64,000 bases of DNA from Candidatus Oxydemutatoraceae bacterium (lineage in GTDB: Bacteria; Pseudomonadota; Gammaproteobacteria; Poriferisulfidales; Oxydemutatoraceae): assembly GCA_965220085.1 (NCBI GenBank), contig CBDCOZ010000003.1:1536001-1600000 (forward strand), read 5' to 3'. Under the pieces are notes generated by a model that made no database searches, was not told the origin of the DNA, and worked only from the letters and a program-made list of their open reading frames with translations. Made by a program: the position numbers and the translations under genes. Below, one piece after another: positions 10,729 to 22,946 of this stretch. The stretch's first letter is position 1, and every line of letters starts with the position of its first letter.

Positions 10729-11711
10729 GAGTCTTCCGACCGCGCGTCTTTGTCGTAGGCGGCAATAATCTTTTGCAGCAGCGGATGACGGATCACATCA
10801 TCGGGGTCAAAGAAACTGAAACCGATGCCGCCGACGCCTTGCAACACTTTCATGGCGTGCTTCAAACCCGATATTTGGTTATCCGGCAAATCGACCTGCG
10901 TCAAATCCCCGGTGACTGTCGCTTTGGAACAACTGCCGATGCGGGTCAGGAGCATCTTCATCTGTTGCTTGGTCGTATTCTGCGCTTCGTCCAGAATAAT
11001 AAAAGCGTCATTCAAAGAGCGACCGCGCATATAGGCCAGCGGCGCGACCTCTATGATGCCCTGATCGATCAGATGCTGTACTTTCTCAATCCCGACCATC
11101 GCGTGGAGCGCATCATACATCGGGCGCAAATACGGGTCGGCTTTCTGCATCAAATCGCCCGGCAAAAAGCCGAGACGCTCCCCCGCCTCCACCGCCGGCC
11201 TTATCAAAACCAGTTTCTGAACCATCTGCTTCTCCAGCGCCTCGATCGCTTTTGCGACAGCCAAATATGTTTTGCCGGTTCCCGCCGGGCCGACACCGAA
11301 GGCGAGGTCAAACGCGTCGATATTGCGGATGTACCGCCTTTGGTTCTCTCCGTAAGGCTTGATGACACGGCATTGGGTGCGTATTGCCAAGTCGCTATCG
11401 TCGCCGCGATCGCCCCGGCCGTTGCCGTATGCCAGTTCCCGCACATTATGCCGTTGCAGATCAATGTGGATATCGGTCATCGTCAATTGTTTCTCCGCTT
11501 TGCCATAGAGGCGCTTCAGGACATAAGCGGCGGTCTGGCTTTTCTCGCTGTTGCCGACCACCGAGAAGTGGCAGCCGCGGTTGTTGATCCGCACATCAAA
11601 ATGGCGCTCTAACTCTTGGAGGTGGCAATTCAGCGGCCCGCACAGATTTGAAAGGCGGGTAACGCTCTTGGGCTCCAGCACAAACTCTTCGTTTACTAAC
11701 TGACTTTTCAA
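10725..11711 (-). CDS. ybeZ: PhoH family ATPase
   Basis: GPAGTGKTY, RPAVEAGERLGFLPG, YMRGRS, DEAQN. Confidence 0.93.
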   Translation of the reverse strand: MKSQLVNEEFVLEPKSVTRLSNLCGPLNCHLQELERHFDVRINNRGCHFSVVGNSEKSQTAAYVLKRLYGKAEKQLTMTDIHIDLQRHNVRELAYGNGRGDRGDDSDLAIRTQCRVIKPYGENQRRYIRNIDAFDLAFGVGPAGTGKTYLAVAKAIEALEKQMVQKLVLIRPAVEAGERLGFLPGDLMQKADPYLRPMYDALHAMVGIEKVQHLIDQGIIEVAPLAYMRGRSLNDAFIILDEAQNTTKQQMKMLLTRIGSCSKATVTGDLTQVDLPDNQISGLKHAMKVLQGVGGIGFSFFDPDDVIRHPLLQKIIAAYDKDARSEDS

Positions 11712-11727
11712 GGCGGTACGGAGTGAT

Positions 11728-13053
11728 TTATGTAACCAATCTGCCGCGCAGGGAATGGCTCAGCGCTTGGGTTATCTCTACGTCAACGAAGCGGCCGACC
11801 GTATCGCTTGCGGCGCGGAAATTAACCACGCGGTTATTTTCCGTCCTCCCCTGCATACACGCTGCGTCTTTCTTTGACACGCCGGCGACCAATACCTTGC
11901 GCACTTTGCCGACCATGTTTTGCGAAATAGCCCGCGCCATCCCGTCGATGCGCGCCTGCAGAGCGGCCAGGCGGGCTTTCTTGGTCGCCAGAGGCGTGTC
12001 ATCGGGCAAGGCGGCGGCCGGGGTTCCCGGTCGCGCGCTGTACAAGAAACTAAACGATTGGTCGTAACCGAGCTCTTCGATTAGGTCCATCGTCTGTTGA
12101 AAATCGGCGTCGCTTTCTCCCGGGAAGCCGACGATAAAGTCGGATGACAGCGACATATCGGGTCTGGCCCGCCTCAGTTTGCGGACGATCGATTTGTACT
12201 CCAAGACCGTGTAGCCGCGTTTCATCATCGCCAGGATTCTGTCGGAGCCGCTCTGCACCGGCAGGTGCAGGTGATTCGCTAACTGCGGTATTTCGGCGTG
12301 CGCTTCCGCCAACTCGTCATTAAATTCTATCGGGTGCGATGTGGTATAACGGATGCGGTCTATGTTCGGGATCGCGGCGATGTGATACAACAGCAACGCG
12401 AAGTTCGTCGTGCCGTCGGCGGCTTCGTATCGGTAGCCGTTTACATTCTGTCCGAGCAGGGTAATCTCCCGCACGCCTTGCCGGCTCAAAGATTCCGCTT
12501 CTTCCAAGATGCCGCCCAAGGGTCTGCTGACTTCCTCCCCGCGCGTGTACGGAACGATACAGAATGCGCAGTATTTGCTGCACCCCTCCATAATTGAAAC
12601 GAAGGCGGAAACCCCTTCCTTGCGCGCCGGCGGCAGATTGTCAAATTTTTCTATCATCGGGAAGGAGACATCGACGACCGCTTCGCGCGCGCGCTTGACC
12701 GTGTCTATCATCGCCGGCAAGCGGTGCAGGGTTTGCGGGCCGAATACGACATCGACATAGGGCGCTCGTGTTCTCAGCGCGCCGCCTTCCTGGCTGGCAA
12801 CACAACCGCCGACGCCGATGACGATGCCGGGGTTTGCGAGCTTGCGTTGACGCCACCGCCCGAGTTCGGAAAACACTTTCTCTTGCGCTTTTTCTCGCAC
12901 CGAGCAAGTATTCAGGATCAATACATCGGCGGCGTTTGCATCGTCGGTTTTTTCCATTCCGCGCGCCGCCGACAATACATCATAGATTTTGCCGGAATCG
13001 TATTCGTTCATCTGGCATCCGTGTGTTTTCACGTGCACTTTGAGTCGCTTCAT
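11728..13053 (-). CDS. miaB: tRNA-2-methylthio-N6-dimethylallyladenosine synthase
   Basis: GCQMNEYDS, radical-SAM CSKYCAFC, C-terminal TRAM domain. Confidence 0.96.
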   Translation of the reverse strand: MKRLKVHVKTHGCQMNEYDSGKIYDVLSAARGMEKTDDANAADVLILNTCSVREKAQEKVFSELGRWRQRKLANPGIVIGVGGCVASQEGGALRTRAPYVDVVFGPQTLHRLPAMIDTVKRAREAVVDVSFPMIEKFDNLPPARKEGVSAFVSIMEGCSKYCAFCIVPYTRGEEVSRPLGGILEEAESLSRQGVREITLLGQNVNGYRYEAADGTTNFALLLYHIAAIPNIDRIRYTTSHPIEFNDELAEAHAEIPQLANHLHLPVQSGSDRILAMMKRGYTVLEYKSIVRKLRRARPDMSLSSDFIVGFPGESDADFQQTMDLIEELGYDQSFSFLYSARPGTPAAALPDDTPLATKKARLAALQARIDGMARAISQNMVGKVRKVLVAGVSKKDAACMQGRTENNRVVNFRAASDTVGRFVDVEITQALSHSLRGRLVT

Positions 13054-14936
13054 TTGCTCTCGGGCGCCGCCGGGTCCCGGGCATCAAAACCGGGCATGAG
13101 TTTTGCAAAAAGATGTTTCAGACCTTCTATGTCTCTCGCTTCTAACATTGACTCTATTCTACCAAGAGTTGCCATAAAATCGTCGTAGTTCAATGTGGCC
13201 TGTTGTATATCTCGCATAATTTTAGGGTGATAGGTCTTCGCCGGCCGGGTATCCGAATAGAGGCTTTCGTGCAACTTCTCTCCGGGCCGCAAACCGGTAT
13301 AACGTATCTCAATATCGCCTTCGCCGTTAGGATTGTCGTTTTTCAAGCGCAAGCCGCTCAGGTGAATCATCTTTCTGGCCACATCGACGATCTTGACCGG
13401 TTGCCCCATATCGAGCAGAAAAATATCGCCGCTATCGGCCATGGCTCCGGCTTGGATTATCAAGTCCGTGGCTTCTTCTATGGTCATGAAATAACGCTCG
13501 GCTTGAGAATCGGTGACGGTTACCGCTTCGCCTTTTTGTATTTGCTCGCGAAATATGGGCACAACCGATCCGGACGAACCGAGCACATTGCCAAAGCGCA
13601 CGATGGCAAAGCAGGTGTCTTGGTATCTCTGCGCCAGCGCTTGTACCGCTATTTCCGCAAGACGCTTGCTGGCGCCCATAAAGCTGATAGGGTTCACCGC
13701 CTTGTCGGTGGACACGAGCACGAAGCGCTTCACTTGTTTCTCGACGGCCACTCTGGCCGCATTTGTGGTGCCGATTGCATTGTTTCTTATAGCGGCCAAA
13801 ATATTGCTTTCCAGCAGAGGAACGTGTTTGTAAGCCGCGGCGTGATAGATAATATCAATGGAATGCTTGACGACGTTATCGGCCATGAAGTCGCTGTCCT
13901 CCGCCGAGCCCAGGCAGGCGACGATCTGCGGAACGCTATCCGCTTTGCCGCCGGCGCCAATTTGTCGGAGTTGCCGGTGTATCTCAAACAGCGCATATTC
14001 CGATTGCTCGACCAGCACGATCACTTCGGGATTCAGCGAAAATATCCGGCGACAGAGCTGGGCGCCGATTGAGCCGCCGGCTCCGGTCACCAAGACGCGC
14101 CGGCCGGTCGTGCCGCTTTCGAGCAACTCTTGGTCCGGCGCGACTTTTTGTCGCCCGAGCAACTCTTCTATCTGCACATGGCCGAAACGATCGAGCTCCA
14201 GCGGACGATTGACGAGCTCGGAAACCGAAGGAATATTGACGACTCGGACCGGATGCACACTGAGAAAGTTCAACAAAGTCCGGCGATCTTCGTTGCCCAC
14301 ATCATCGGTAATGAGGAAATCTCTGATTCTGTATTTTGCGATCAACTCGCCCAAGCGTTCCAGAGGATATACCCGCAAGCCCGCAATTTCTCTGCCGTAC
14401 ATGGTCAAATCGCCGCCGATAAAGCATACCGGGGTGTAGCTGGACGCGCTGCGCAATGTGGCCGCTATCTGTATCGCCGACTGCCCGGTGCCGTATATCG
14501 CGACCGCATGAGCGCCGGCGTTCTGACGATACACGACAAATGTGGCGTGCATGATAAAGCGGGTGAGGAAGGTCAGCACAAACAATGCCAACCAGCCGAT
14601 CAATATGACCGAGCGCGGGAACCCTTGTATGCCGCTCGCCAAGGCGACAAAACCCCACAAACCTATGCTGACGCTGGTCGCGATGACGATGGCTTTCACC
14701 GAATGCAAACTGAAATGTCTGATGACCGCGCGGTAGAGGCCGGTGCGAATGAAAATCGGCGTGGTGATCAACGGAATCGCCGCGAACAGAGGCCACCACT
14801 TGCCGTCCAGCGCGATGAATTCTTCAAAGCGCAGGGAGAAAGCGATCCAGATTGAGAAAACGCCGATAAAGATGTCCGTCGCCACCATAATCAGTAAGCG
14901 TATCGAACGGGAAGAACTTGCCAGTTTTTCTATCAT
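13050..14936 (-). CDS. Membrane-bound nucleoside-diphosphate sugar epimerase/dehydratase (CapD/WbpM/PglF family)
   Basis: 4 N-terminal TM segments; [45 protein letters not shown]. Confidence 0.93.
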   Translation of the reverse strand: MIEKLASSSRSIRLLIMVATDIFIGVFSIWIAFSLRFEEFIALDGKWWPLFAAIPLITTPIFIRTGLYRAVIRHFSLHSVKAIVIATSVSIGLWGFVALASGIQGFPRSVILIGWLALFVLTFLTRFIMHATFVVYRQNAGAHAVAIYGTGQSAIQIAATLRSASSYTPVCFIGGDLTMYGREIAGLRVYPLERLGELIAKYRIRDFLITDDVGNEDRRTLLNFLSVHPVRVVNIPSVSELVNRPLELDRFGHVQIEELLGRQKVAPDQELLESGTTGRRVLVTGAGGSIGAQLCRRIFSLNPEVIVLVEQSEYALFEIHRQLRQIGAGGKADSVPQIVACLGSAEDSDFMADNVVKHSIDIIYHAAAYKHVPLLESNILAAIRNNAIGTTNAARVAVEKQVKRFVLVSTDKAVNPISFMGASKRLAEIAVQALAQRYQDTCFAIVRFGNVLGSSGSVVPIFREQIQKGEAVTVTDSQAERYFMTIEEATDLIIQAGAMADSGDIFLLDMGQPVKIVDVARKMIHLSGLRLKNDNPNGEGDIEIRYTGLRPGEKLHESLYSDTRPAKTYHPKIMRDIQQATLNYDDFMATLGRIESMLEARDIEGLKHLFAKLMPGFDARDPAAPESK

Positions 14937-14940
14937 GAAA

Positions 14941-16011
14941 CTATCTCATCGTTTTAATATCGCGCCCGCTGCCGGCGCCCAATGCAAATGCTACCACGAC
15001 CAGCGGCAGGAGCGCGACACATGTCAATATGGCTCCCCATTGAGGGCGCAGGGCGGCCGCCAACGCAAACGGCAATAGCCAGATTATATTGATGGCGGCA
15101 ATTGCCGCTGATACATTGCGATGCGCGACGGCGCGGCTTTGCGAATATTCTTTGTCGGACTTCGCCTGCCACATCATCGCGGCGCGCTGGTATGCGTGAT
15201 CGCAGTGTGCGGCGTGTATTTTACGCCGCCCGGCCAATCGGCGCAACACGGTAACCGTCGCATCGGTGAAAAATACGCCGAATAAAATAAACCACGCCCA
15301 GATATTCATACTTTGGTCGATGCTCGTTATGATCGTCGCCAGGCCGAGCACCAATCCCAGAAAACCGCTCGCCACATCGCCCATAAAAACACGCGCCGGC
15401 GGATAGTTCCAGATCAGGAAACCCGCGGTGGCGGCAACGAGGCAGATCAACGGCGCAATCATTTCGTGCGCCGGCGCGGTGAGCGCCAATATCAGGGTCG
15501 CGCCGAGCGCAATGGAGATCGCTTCAACGCTTGCGATCATATCGATCCCGTCCATGAAGTTGAAAAAGTTCACCACCCACAGCAACACGATAAATTCAAG
15601 CATATAAAGCCCCCGCCATCCGGCTTCAAATATATATTCGCCGACCGGCACCGACGGTGTGCCGAGAAAGAAAACACAGCCGCCGACGATTAGGATGTGC
15701 AAGGCAAAACGCAAAGGAACGGACACACCGCTGATATCGTCAAGAAAACCGAGGATGGCAATCGCCAAGCCGGCCGCAAACAAGACTGTGAAATGGAATT
15801 GATTGACCGCAGGGTCGGCGATGAAAAACAGCGACACAGCCGAAAAGATGATGACGATAGACAAGCCGCCGCTGCGCGGAACCGGCGTGACGTGCAGGCT
15901 TCTTGCGTTCGGATAGTCCATGATCCGATACCGCGACAGGAGCGGAATGAGGCGGTTGGTCAACACGCACCCCGCGGCAAAAACAACCAGTCCGATTAGC
16001 ACATACAACAT
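14941..16011 (-). CDS. Polyprenyl-phosphate HexNAc-1-phosphate transferase (MraY/WecA/WbpL-like)
   Basis: Multi-TM; PNARSLH..PVPRSGG, GFLDD, NFFNFMDGID, FMGDVAS. Confidence 0.9.
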   Translation of the reverse strand: MLYVLIGLVVFAAGCVLTNRLIPLLSRYRIMDYPNARSLHVTPVPRSGGLSIVIIFSAVSLFFIADPAVNQFHFTVLFAAGLAIAILGFLDDISGVSVPLRFALHILIVGGCVFFLGTPSVPVGEYIFEAGWRGLYMLEFIVLLWVVNFFNFMDGIDMIASVEAISIALGATLILALTAPAHEMIAPLICLVAATAGFLIWNYPPARVFMGDVASGFLGLVLGLATIITSIDQSMNIWAWFILFGVFFTDATVTVLRRLAGRRKIHAAHCDHAYQRAAMMWQAKSDKEYSQSRAVAHRNVSAAIAAINIIWLLPFALAAALRPQWGAILTCVALLPLVVVAFALGAGSGRDIKTMR

Positions 16012-16014
16012 CGC

Positions 16015-16980
16015 TTATCGCTCGTTAAGCCGGCGTTCCCAGCGCAATGCATCGGCGATCATTGTTTCCAAGTCATCGTGCCGCGGTTGCCAATCGAGCG
16101 TTTGTTTGATCCGGCTGTTGTCCGCAACCAACTCGGGCGGGTCGCCCGCGCGGCGCGGCGCGATAACCGCAGTCAAAGCGCCTCCGACTCTTTCGGCCGC
16201 GGCGCAAACCTCGCGCACGCTATAGCCGCGCCCGTAACCGCAGTTGAGCGCGACCGACTCGCCGCCGGCGAGCAGATACGCCAGCGCCGCGATATGCGCG
16301 GCGGCGATATCCAGAACATGTATGTAATCGCGCACGCAAGTGCCGTCTTTTGAATCGTAATCATCGCCGAATATCTCCAGATGCGGAGCCTCCCCGCACA
16401 AGGCGCGGCAGATGTTTTTAATGATATGCCCGCCTTCGCGTTGCCCGATGCGGGCGGCGGGATCGGCGCCGGCAACATTAAAGTAGCGCAATGCGACATA
16501 GTCTATGGCGCCGGATTGAGAAGCGGCGGCCAGCATCCTTTCGCAAAATAATTTGGATTCTCCGTACGGGTTGACCGGCAACAGCGGCTCGTCTTCGGCG
16601 ATCGGGATGTTTTGCGCCGCGCCATAGACAGCGGCGGTCGAAGAAAAGACGAACTTGTCAACGCGGTATTCCTGACACAGTTGTAACAGGCGCAAGGTGG
16701 CGGCCGTGTTTTGTGCGTAATAGAGCAGCGGTTGTTCCATCGATTCGGGGACACTGCAAAAAGCGGCGAAATGCATGACCGCATCGAAGCGATGCTTGTC
16801 AAATAATTCTTCGCAACACGGATGCGCAATATCGCAGCGGTGAAACTCGCCCCCGAGCGCCATCTCACGGCAACCGCGCGACAGGTTATCGCACAGGACC
16901 ACTTCCGCATTGTCTTCAAGCAGTTTGAGCGCCGTATGGCTGCCGACATAACCCGCTCCGCCTGTTACCAGAACTTTCAT
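16015..16980 (-). CDS. galE: UDP-glucose 4-epimerase
   Basis: TGGAGYVGSH, FSSTAAVYG, YGESK, LRYFNVAGA, DGTCVRDYIHV. Confidence 0.94.
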   Translation of the reverse strand: MKVLVTGGAGYVGSHTALKLLEDNAEVVLCDNLSRGCREMALGGEFHRCDIAHPCCEELFDKHRFDAVMHFAAFCSVPESMEQPLLYYAQNTAATLRLLQLCQEYRVDKFVFSSTAAVYGAAQNIPIAEDEPLLPVNPYGESKLFCERMLAAASQSGAIDYVALRYFNVAGADPAARIGQREGGHIIKNICRALCGEAPHLEIFGDDYDSKDGTCVRDYIHVLDIAAAHIAALAYLLAGGESVALNCGYGRGYSVREVCAAAERVGGALTAVIAPRRAGDPPELVADNSRIKQTLDWQPRHDDLETMIADALRWERRLNER

Positions 16981-17010
16981 CCGTCTATCCCCGCATTTTC
17001 AATGGCCGTT

Positions 17011-18117
17011 TTAGCGCAAGTACATTTCATGCATTTTTACGCACATCCGCTCGCGGCTAAACAAATCCTGCAAACGCCGCCGCCCTTGTCGCCCCAGCCG
17101 TTTGCGCAAAGACGGGGTGGCGGCCAGCGCTTTGATCGCGGTCGCCAAGGCATCGGGGCTGCAAGGCGCGACATTGACGCCGCTCACCATATTCGCATTC
17201 ACCCAACTGACGCCGGAACCGGCAATCGTCGTCGCAATGATCGGTTTGCCAAACTTCATCGCTTCCAGTTGCACGATACCAAACGCCTCGGAGGCATGGG
17301 TGGAACTCAGGCAAAACACATCGCAGGCGGCGTAATACGCCGCGACTTCCCGCGACGACAAAGCGCCGGGGAGGAAAACCCGTTTTGACAGACCGAGTCG
17401 CTTCGCCAGATTGCGCAACTCATCCAGCAAAGGCCCGCTTCCGCCGATAACGATATGGGTGTGTTCGTCCAACTGTGACGCCGCCTTGATCAAATACTCA
17501 AAGCCCTTGTAATACACCGCGCGTCCCAGAGCAAAAACCAAAAACTTGCCGGCGTGGCGCGATCCGATGCGTTGCGCGATTTGGCTGTCGGGCGGCGGCG
17601 GATCGGTCTCTATCCCCAGCGGTATGACCGCTATCTTGTTGCGCACCGCTTGCAAAAACCGCGACCTCGCATACATCGGCGTCGTGACGATGATATGGGC
17701 GGCGGTATTTAACAGCCAGGTTTGCAACGGAGCAAACAGCTTCAAACCCAGTTTCTGACGCACGATATCGCTGTGCCAATGGACGATTATCTTCGCTTTG
17801 GTATCGGCCAAAAACAAAGCCAAAGTCGCCATCGGATCCGGGTGATGTATCTGTATGACATCGTATCGGGATGCAATTTTTCTCAGCGTCAGAACTATTG
17901 CCGGAGACAGAGAGGTCGATAAAAAAACGCCGAAACTGCCGGCGCGATATATCGCCCCGCCATCGGCGCGCTCTGTGACGGAAGAAAATGTGTCGCCGCA
18001 ACACAGCACATCACATTCCACTCCGCGAGCGACCAGCCCTTCCCGAATGTTGCGTATCGCCGTCTGGGTTCCCCCAACCGACGGAGGATAAAACCTCCCC
18101 AGCTGAAGAACTTTCAT
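17011..18117 (-). CDS. GT4 family glycosyltransferase
   Basis: GRAVYYKGF and EAFGIVQLEAM (EX7E) motifs. Confidence 0.9.
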   Translation of the reverse strand: MKVLQLGRFYPPSVGGTQTAIRNIREGLVARGVECDVLCCGDTFSSVTERADGGAIYRAGSFGVFLSTSLSPAIVLTLRKIASRYDVIQIHHPDPMATLALFLADTKAKIIVHWHSDIVRQKLGLKLFAPLQTWLLNTAAHIIVTTPMYARSRFLQAVRNKIAVIPLGIETDPPPPDSQIAQRIGSRHAGKFLVFALGRAVYYKGFEYLIKAASQLDEHTHIVIGGSGPLLDELRNLAKRLGLSKRVFLPGALSSREVAAYYAACDVFCLSSTHASEAFGIVQLEAMKFGKPIIATTIAGSGVSWVNANMVSGVNVAPCSPDALATAIKALAATPSLRKRLGRQGRRRLQDLFSRERMCVKMHEMYLR

Positions 18118-18131
18118 TTAACAAGGAGTAT

Positions 18132-18617
18132 TCAAAAGGGAATCTCATCGTCAAACGCGGGCTTTTTGCCGCTGTCGGCGCTCTCCGTGCCCGCGCTTTT
18201 CTCTTTGTCGCCCGCGGCGCTCTCCTTGTTGCCCGCGTTATCCATCGGATCATACTGGGCGGTAGATGCGCTGCCGCCCGGACGCCCGCCCAGCATCCGC
18301 ATATCCAACACAATCACTTCCGTGGTATAGCGGTCGATGCCGGACTGATCTTGCCACTTGCGTGTCTGCAAACGTCCTTCGGCATAGATTTGAGACCCCT
18401 TATGCAGATACTCGCCGACAATCTCGGCAAGCCGGCCAAAAAATACCAGCCGGTGCCATTCGGTTTTCTCCTGACGGTCGCCGCTCTCGCGGTCTTTCCA
18501 CGATTCCGTCGTTGCCAGCGACAGATTGCAGATAGCCGAGCCATTCGGAGTGTAGCGAACTTCGGGATCTTGTCCGAGGTTGCCTATCAATATTACTTTA
18601 TTTACGCTTCTTGCCAT
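18132..18617 (-). CDS. ssb: Single-stranded DNA-binding protein
   Basis: [24 protein letters not shown], acidic tail DDEIPF. Confidence 0.97.
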   Translation of the reverse strand: MARSVNKVILIGNLGQDPEVRYTPNGSAICNLSLATTESWKDRESGDRQEKTEWHRLVFFGRLAEIVGEYLHKGSQIYAEGRLQTRKWQDQSGIDRYTTEVIVLDMRMLGGRPGGSASTAQYDPMDNAGNKESAAGDKEKSAGTESADSGKKPAFDDEIPF

Positions 18618-18747
18618 AAAAATTATCCTCTTAAAATATAAATTCGGCATTTATACCCAATGGCATAAACACACTTGCATTAAACCAGAAATCGGAACGC
18701 CTTATTATAACTAACCCGACCGTCCCGATCGCCGCTATCCCGTATTA

Positions 18748-19929
18748 TCACGACTCTTTCGTCGCCGCAACCTGCTTCATGCCGAGCGCGTAGAAAAACC
18801 AGACGAATAGCAGCGATAAGGTGAATAAGGCAATCCAATCCGCGCCAAAATACTCAATGACAGCCCCCGCTCCCATAGCGCCGGAGAACACCCCGATAAA
18901 CTGTGCGGTCGAAAAGACGCCCATCGCGCTGCCCTTTCCGCGTTCATCACACAGGCGGGTGACCAATGCCGGCAGATTCGCTTCCAGATAATTAAACCCG
19001 ATAAAGAATAGCGTTGCGCCGGCGACAAACCATGCCATGTTCTCCGACTGCGGCCACAGCGCTTGTCCGGCTATGATCAATACGAGAGACAAAAGAAACA
19101 TCTGTTTGACCAGCGATTTCTTTTCGCCAAGGAATAACATCGGCAACATCAGCAGAAACGACGCGCCCAACACAAACAGATAAAAAAGCCAATGCTGCTC
19201 GCTTGCCAGTTGCAAGCGCCCGACTAACATCTTCGGCAGGATCATGAAGTTTGCCGCCACCACCGCGTGCAGAAAAAAGGCGCCGACATAGAGCCTGACC
19301 AGCTCGGCGGAGGCCACCGCCAGACGGGAGTCGGGACGGGTGCGGCGCGCCGGGTCGCGAGGCGCATACGGTATGCCGATACCGACCAACCCGATCGCGA
19401 TCGCGCCGCATACCGACGTAAGAACAAAGAGGCCGGACATGCCGATAGCGGCATGCAACAACGGCGCGAAGATCAGCGACAAGATGAACGCCATCGCGAC
19501 CCCTATCCCGATTACGGCCATCATCTTGGAACGCTGCGCCGCGCGGCTCAGGTCCGCGGCCAATGCGGCCAATGTGGATGAAATCGCTCCGGCGCCTTGC
19601 AATGCCCGCCCGGCAATGACCTGATAAATGGACTCCGCCGATGCGGCGATGACGCCGCCGATGCAGAACACCAGCAGGCCGCCGATGATGACAGGTTTGC
19701 GGCCGAAGCGATCCGACAAATTGCCCAAGGGCAGTTGGAAAACCGCCTGCGTCAGGCCATAAATTCCCACTGCCAAGCCTATCAATACCGCAGTCGCTCC
19801 CGCATATTCGCCGCTATACAAAGAAAATACCGGCAATATAATAAATAGGCCGAGCATACGCACCCCGTATACTATGGCCAATATGGCTGCTGCGCGTCTT
19901 TCGGCGCCGGTCATCGTTGATTCTGACAT
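18748..19929 (-). CDS. yajR: MFS transporter (YajR-like)
   Basis: ~12 TM helices, LSDRFGRKP motif A; usual position between uvrA and ssb. Confidence 0.85.
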   Translation of the reverse strand: MSESTMTGAERRAAAILAIVYGVRMLGLFIILPVFSLYSGEYAGATAVLIGLAVGIYGLTQAVFQLPLGNLSDRFGRKPVIIGGLLVFCIGGVIAASAESIYQVIAGRALQGAGAISSTLAALAADLSRAAQRSKMMAVIGIGVAMAFILSLIFAPLLHAAIGMSGLFVLTSVCGAIAIGLVGIGIPYAPRDPARRTRPDSRLAVASAELVRLYVGAFFLHAVVAANFMILPKMLVGRLQLASEQHWLFYLFVLGASFLLMLPMLFLGEKKSLVKQMFLLSLVLIIAGQALWPQSENMAWFVAGATLFFIGFNYLEANLPALVTRLCDERGKGSAMGVFSTAQFIGVFSGAMGAGAVIEYFGADWIALFTLSLLFVWFFYALGMKQVAATKES

Positions 19930-20026
19930 GTCGATTGAAACCTTCGGTCGGTATGCAAATAAATATGCGATAAAAGGGTCGGTTTGGTTTAGTATATCTG
20001 TTTAACCCAACGGCGGCAATATAGCG

Positions 20027-22837
20027 ATGATAAAAATAAAAGGCGCTAGAACGCATAACCTGAAGAATATAGACCTTGAACTTCCCCATGACAAGCTCAT
20101 TGTCATCACCGGGATTTCCGGATCGGGCAAATCATCGCTCGCATTTGACACCTTGTTTGCCGAAGGCCAACGCCGTTATGTGGAATCGCTGTCGGCCTAT
20201 GCCCGACAATTTCTGACACGCATGGAAAAACCGGACGCCGATTTGATCGAGGGGTTGTCGCCAGCAATCTCCATCGACCAAAAGACAACCTCGCACAATC
20301 CGCGCTCCACCGTCGGGACGATTACAGAAATACACGACTACTTGCGCTTGCTCTATGCGCGCATCGGGGTGCCGCATTGCCCCGAGCACGCCGAACCGCT
20401 CGCCGCCGATACGATCGATCAGATGGTCGAGCGCCTGATGGCGATGTCGGAACAAAGGCTGATGATACTCGCCCCGATCGTGCGCGAGCGCAAAGGCGAA
20501 TATACGCGCCTGTTTGACAAGATCAGATCGGAAGGCTTCTTGCGCGCGCGCATCGACGGGGAGTTGTATGAGATAGACGATACCCCGAAACTGAGTCTGC
20601 GCCGCAAACACACGATCGAGGTCGTGGTGGACAGGCTCAAGATCAAACCCGGCATGGAGTCGCGGTTGGCGGAATCGCTTGAAACGGCATTGCGACTGAC
20701 CGACGGTATCGCGCATGCGCAACCGATGGACGATGACCGCCCGCATCTGGTACTGTCGGAAAAGTTTGCCTGTCCCTTGTGCGGTTATACATTGGACGAA
20801 CTGGAACCGCGCCTGTTCTCGTTCAACAGCCCGGCAGGGGCCTGCGAAGCCTGCGAGGGGCTCGGAGAAATTGAATACTTTGATGTCGACAAAATCGTCA
20901 ACCCCTCGCTGACCTTGCTCACCGGGGCGATAGACGGTCGCGATAAACACAATGCGCAATACCTCGCCGCTATGAACTCGCTGGCCAAACACTACGGCTT
21001 TGCGCTCGATGTCCCGTTCAAGAAGTTACCGCTTGCAATCCGCGATATCATTCTCTATGGCAGCGATGACGAGGAAATTGATTTTGACTATCGCACCGCG
21101 GGCGGGCGAAAATTCGCGCGCCGCCATAGTTACAAAGGTATCATTCCGGCGCTGGAAGACAGCTACGAGAACACCCATTCGGAACAAGTCAGAATGCACC
21201 TGCGGCGGTTTCTGTCATTGCAGGATTGCCCGCAGTGCGACGGCGCCCGCCTCAATGTGTCCGCTCGCAATGTTTTTATTAACGAGACCTCCCTGCCGCA
21301 AGCAGCGGCGATGTCGACCGAGCAAGCGCTGGATTTTTTCCGACACTTAAAATTGGACAAACAGCAAACCGAGATAGCGACAAAAATTCTGGAGGAAATA
21401 AAACACCGCCTGAATTTTCTGATCAATGTCGGGCTTGATTACCTGACGCTCAACCGCAGCGCCGGCACCCTGTCCGGCGGCGAAGCGCAACGCATTCGCC
21501 TCGCAAGCCAAATCGGTTCCGGGCTGGTCGGGGTGATGTACATCCTTGACGAACCGTCGATAGGCCTCCACCAGCGCGATAACCGACGCTTGTTGGATAC
21601 TCTGTTTGATCTGCGCAAGCTGGGCAATACCGTCATCGTGGTCGAGCACGACGAAGAGGCCATTCGTCACGCCGATTATATTGTCGACATCGGCCCGGGC
21701 GCGGGCAGACACGGCGGCGAGGTCGTCGCTTGCGGCGGCATACGTCAAATTGAGAGCAACAAAAACTCTCTGACCGGACAGTACCTGTCGCGCAAGCTGC
21801 GCATCGCGGTGCCCAAGGAAAGAACCGCATACCGGCGCAACAACCACATCGTCATAGAAAAGGCGTCGGGCAATAACCTCAAAGATATAAGCGCGCGCAT
21901 CCCGCTCGGCCTGTTTGTCTGTGTGACCGGTGTCTCCGGCTCCGGCAAATCTACGCTGGTCAATGAAACCTTGCACAAACAACTGGCGAATATGTTGCAC
22001 CGCAGCAACCTCAACTGCGCGCCGTGCAAGTCTGTCAAGAATTTGGAAAAAGTAGACAAGGTCGCAGACATCGACCAAAGCCCTATCGGCAGAACGCCGC
22101 GTTCCAATCCCGCGACCTATGTCGGTGTGTTCACGCCAATCAGAGAGTTATTCGCCCAAACCCAAGAAGCGCGGGCGCGCGGTTATACCCCCGGTCGCTT
22201 TAGTTTTAATGTCAAAGGCGGACGCTGCGAGGCGTGCCAAGGCGCCGGTGTGAAGCGGGTTGAGATGCACTTTCTGCCCGATATTTATGTCAGTTGCGAC
22301 GTCTGCAAGGGCAAGCGGTATAACCGGGAGACCTTGGATATTGGCTATAAGGATAAGAATATTCAGGAAGCATTGAACATGACGATAGAGGAAGCGCACA
22401 GCTTTTTCAGCGCTGTCCCCGTCATCCGTTCCAAGTTGCAAACCTTGGTCGATGTCGGTTTGTCCTACCTGACACTCGGTCAAAACTCTACTTTGCTATC
22501 CGGCGGCGAAGCACAGCGGGTGAAACTGGCGCGCGAGTTGTCAAAACGGAATACCGGAAAAACACTCTATATACTGGACGAGCCGACGACCGGTTTGCAC
22601 TTTCACGACGTGCATCAATTATTAAAAGTGTTGCACGACCTGCGCGACAAAGGCAATACCATCGTCGTGGTCGAACACAATATGGATGTCATCAAAACCG
22701 CGGATTGGATCATCGACCTCGGACCCGAAGGCGGGGAAAACGGCGGCGAAGTGGTAGCCGTCGGCACGCCCGAGGAGGTCGCCAAGAATCGCAACTCGTG
22801 GACCGGTCGCTATCTGAAACCTTATCTGGAGGAATGA
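20027..22837 (+). CDS. uvrA: Excinuclease ABC subunit A
   Basis: Two ABC domains ([18 protein letters not shown]), LSGGEAQR twice, zinc fingers. Confidence 0.98.
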   Translation: MIKIKGARTHNLKNIDLELPHDKLIVITGISGSGKSSLAFDTLFAEGQRRYVESLSAYARQFLTRMEKPDADLIEGLSPAISIDQKTTSHNPRSTVGTITEIHDYLRLLYARIGVPHCPEHAEPLAADTIDQMVERLMAMSEQRLMILAPIVRERKGEYTRLFDKIRSEGFLRARIDGELYEIDDTPKLSLRRKHTIEVVVDRLKIKPGMESRLAESLETALRLTDGIAHAQPMDDDRPHLVLSEKFACPLCGYTLDELEPRLFSFNSPAGACEACEGLGEIEYFDVDKIVNPSLTLLTGAIDGRDKHNAQYLAAMNSLAKHYGFALDVPFKKLPLAIRDIILYGSDDEEIDFDYRTAGGRKFARRHSYKGIIPALEDSYENTHSEQVRMHLRRFLSLQDCPQCDGARLNVSARNVFINETSLPQAAAMSTEQALDFFRHLKLDKQQTEIATKILEEIKHRLNFLINVGLDYLTLNRSAGTLSGGEAQRIRLASQIGSGLVGVMYILDEPSIGLHQRDNRRLLDTLFDLRKLGNTVIVVEHDEEAIRHADYIVDIGPGAGRHGGEVVACGGIRQIESNKNSLTGQYLSRKLRIAVPKERTAYRRNNHIVIEKASGNNLKDISARIPLGLFVCVTGVSGSGKSTLVNETLHKQLANMLHRSNLNCAPCKSVKNLEKVDKVADIDQSPIGRTPRSNPATYVGVFTPIRELFAQTQEARARGYTPGRFSFNVKGGRCEACQGAGVKRVEMHFLPDIYVSCDVCKGKRYNRETLDIGYKDKNIQEALNMTIEEAHSFFSAVPVIRSKLQTLVDVGLSYLTLGQNSTLLSGGEAQRVKLARELSKRNTGKTLYILDEPTTGLHFHDVHQLLKVLHDLRDKGNTIVVVEHNMDVIKTADWIIDLGPEGGENGGEVVAVGTPEEVAKNRNSWTGRYLKPYLEE

Positions 22838-22946
22838 GAGACCGTATATCCGCAGCGCAAAACACGCTCTGCGGTGAAATAATATTGTCATAATAAACTG
22901 GCATAGTACGCGCTTCCAAATCTTTATTCTTTTGAGGAGAAATACA

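Noticed and set aside
19998-20013. LexA box upstream of uvrA (CTGTTTAACCCAACGG)
   Set aside because: The near-invariant CAG is CGG and the spacer lacks the TA repeat; position fits, but support is too weak.
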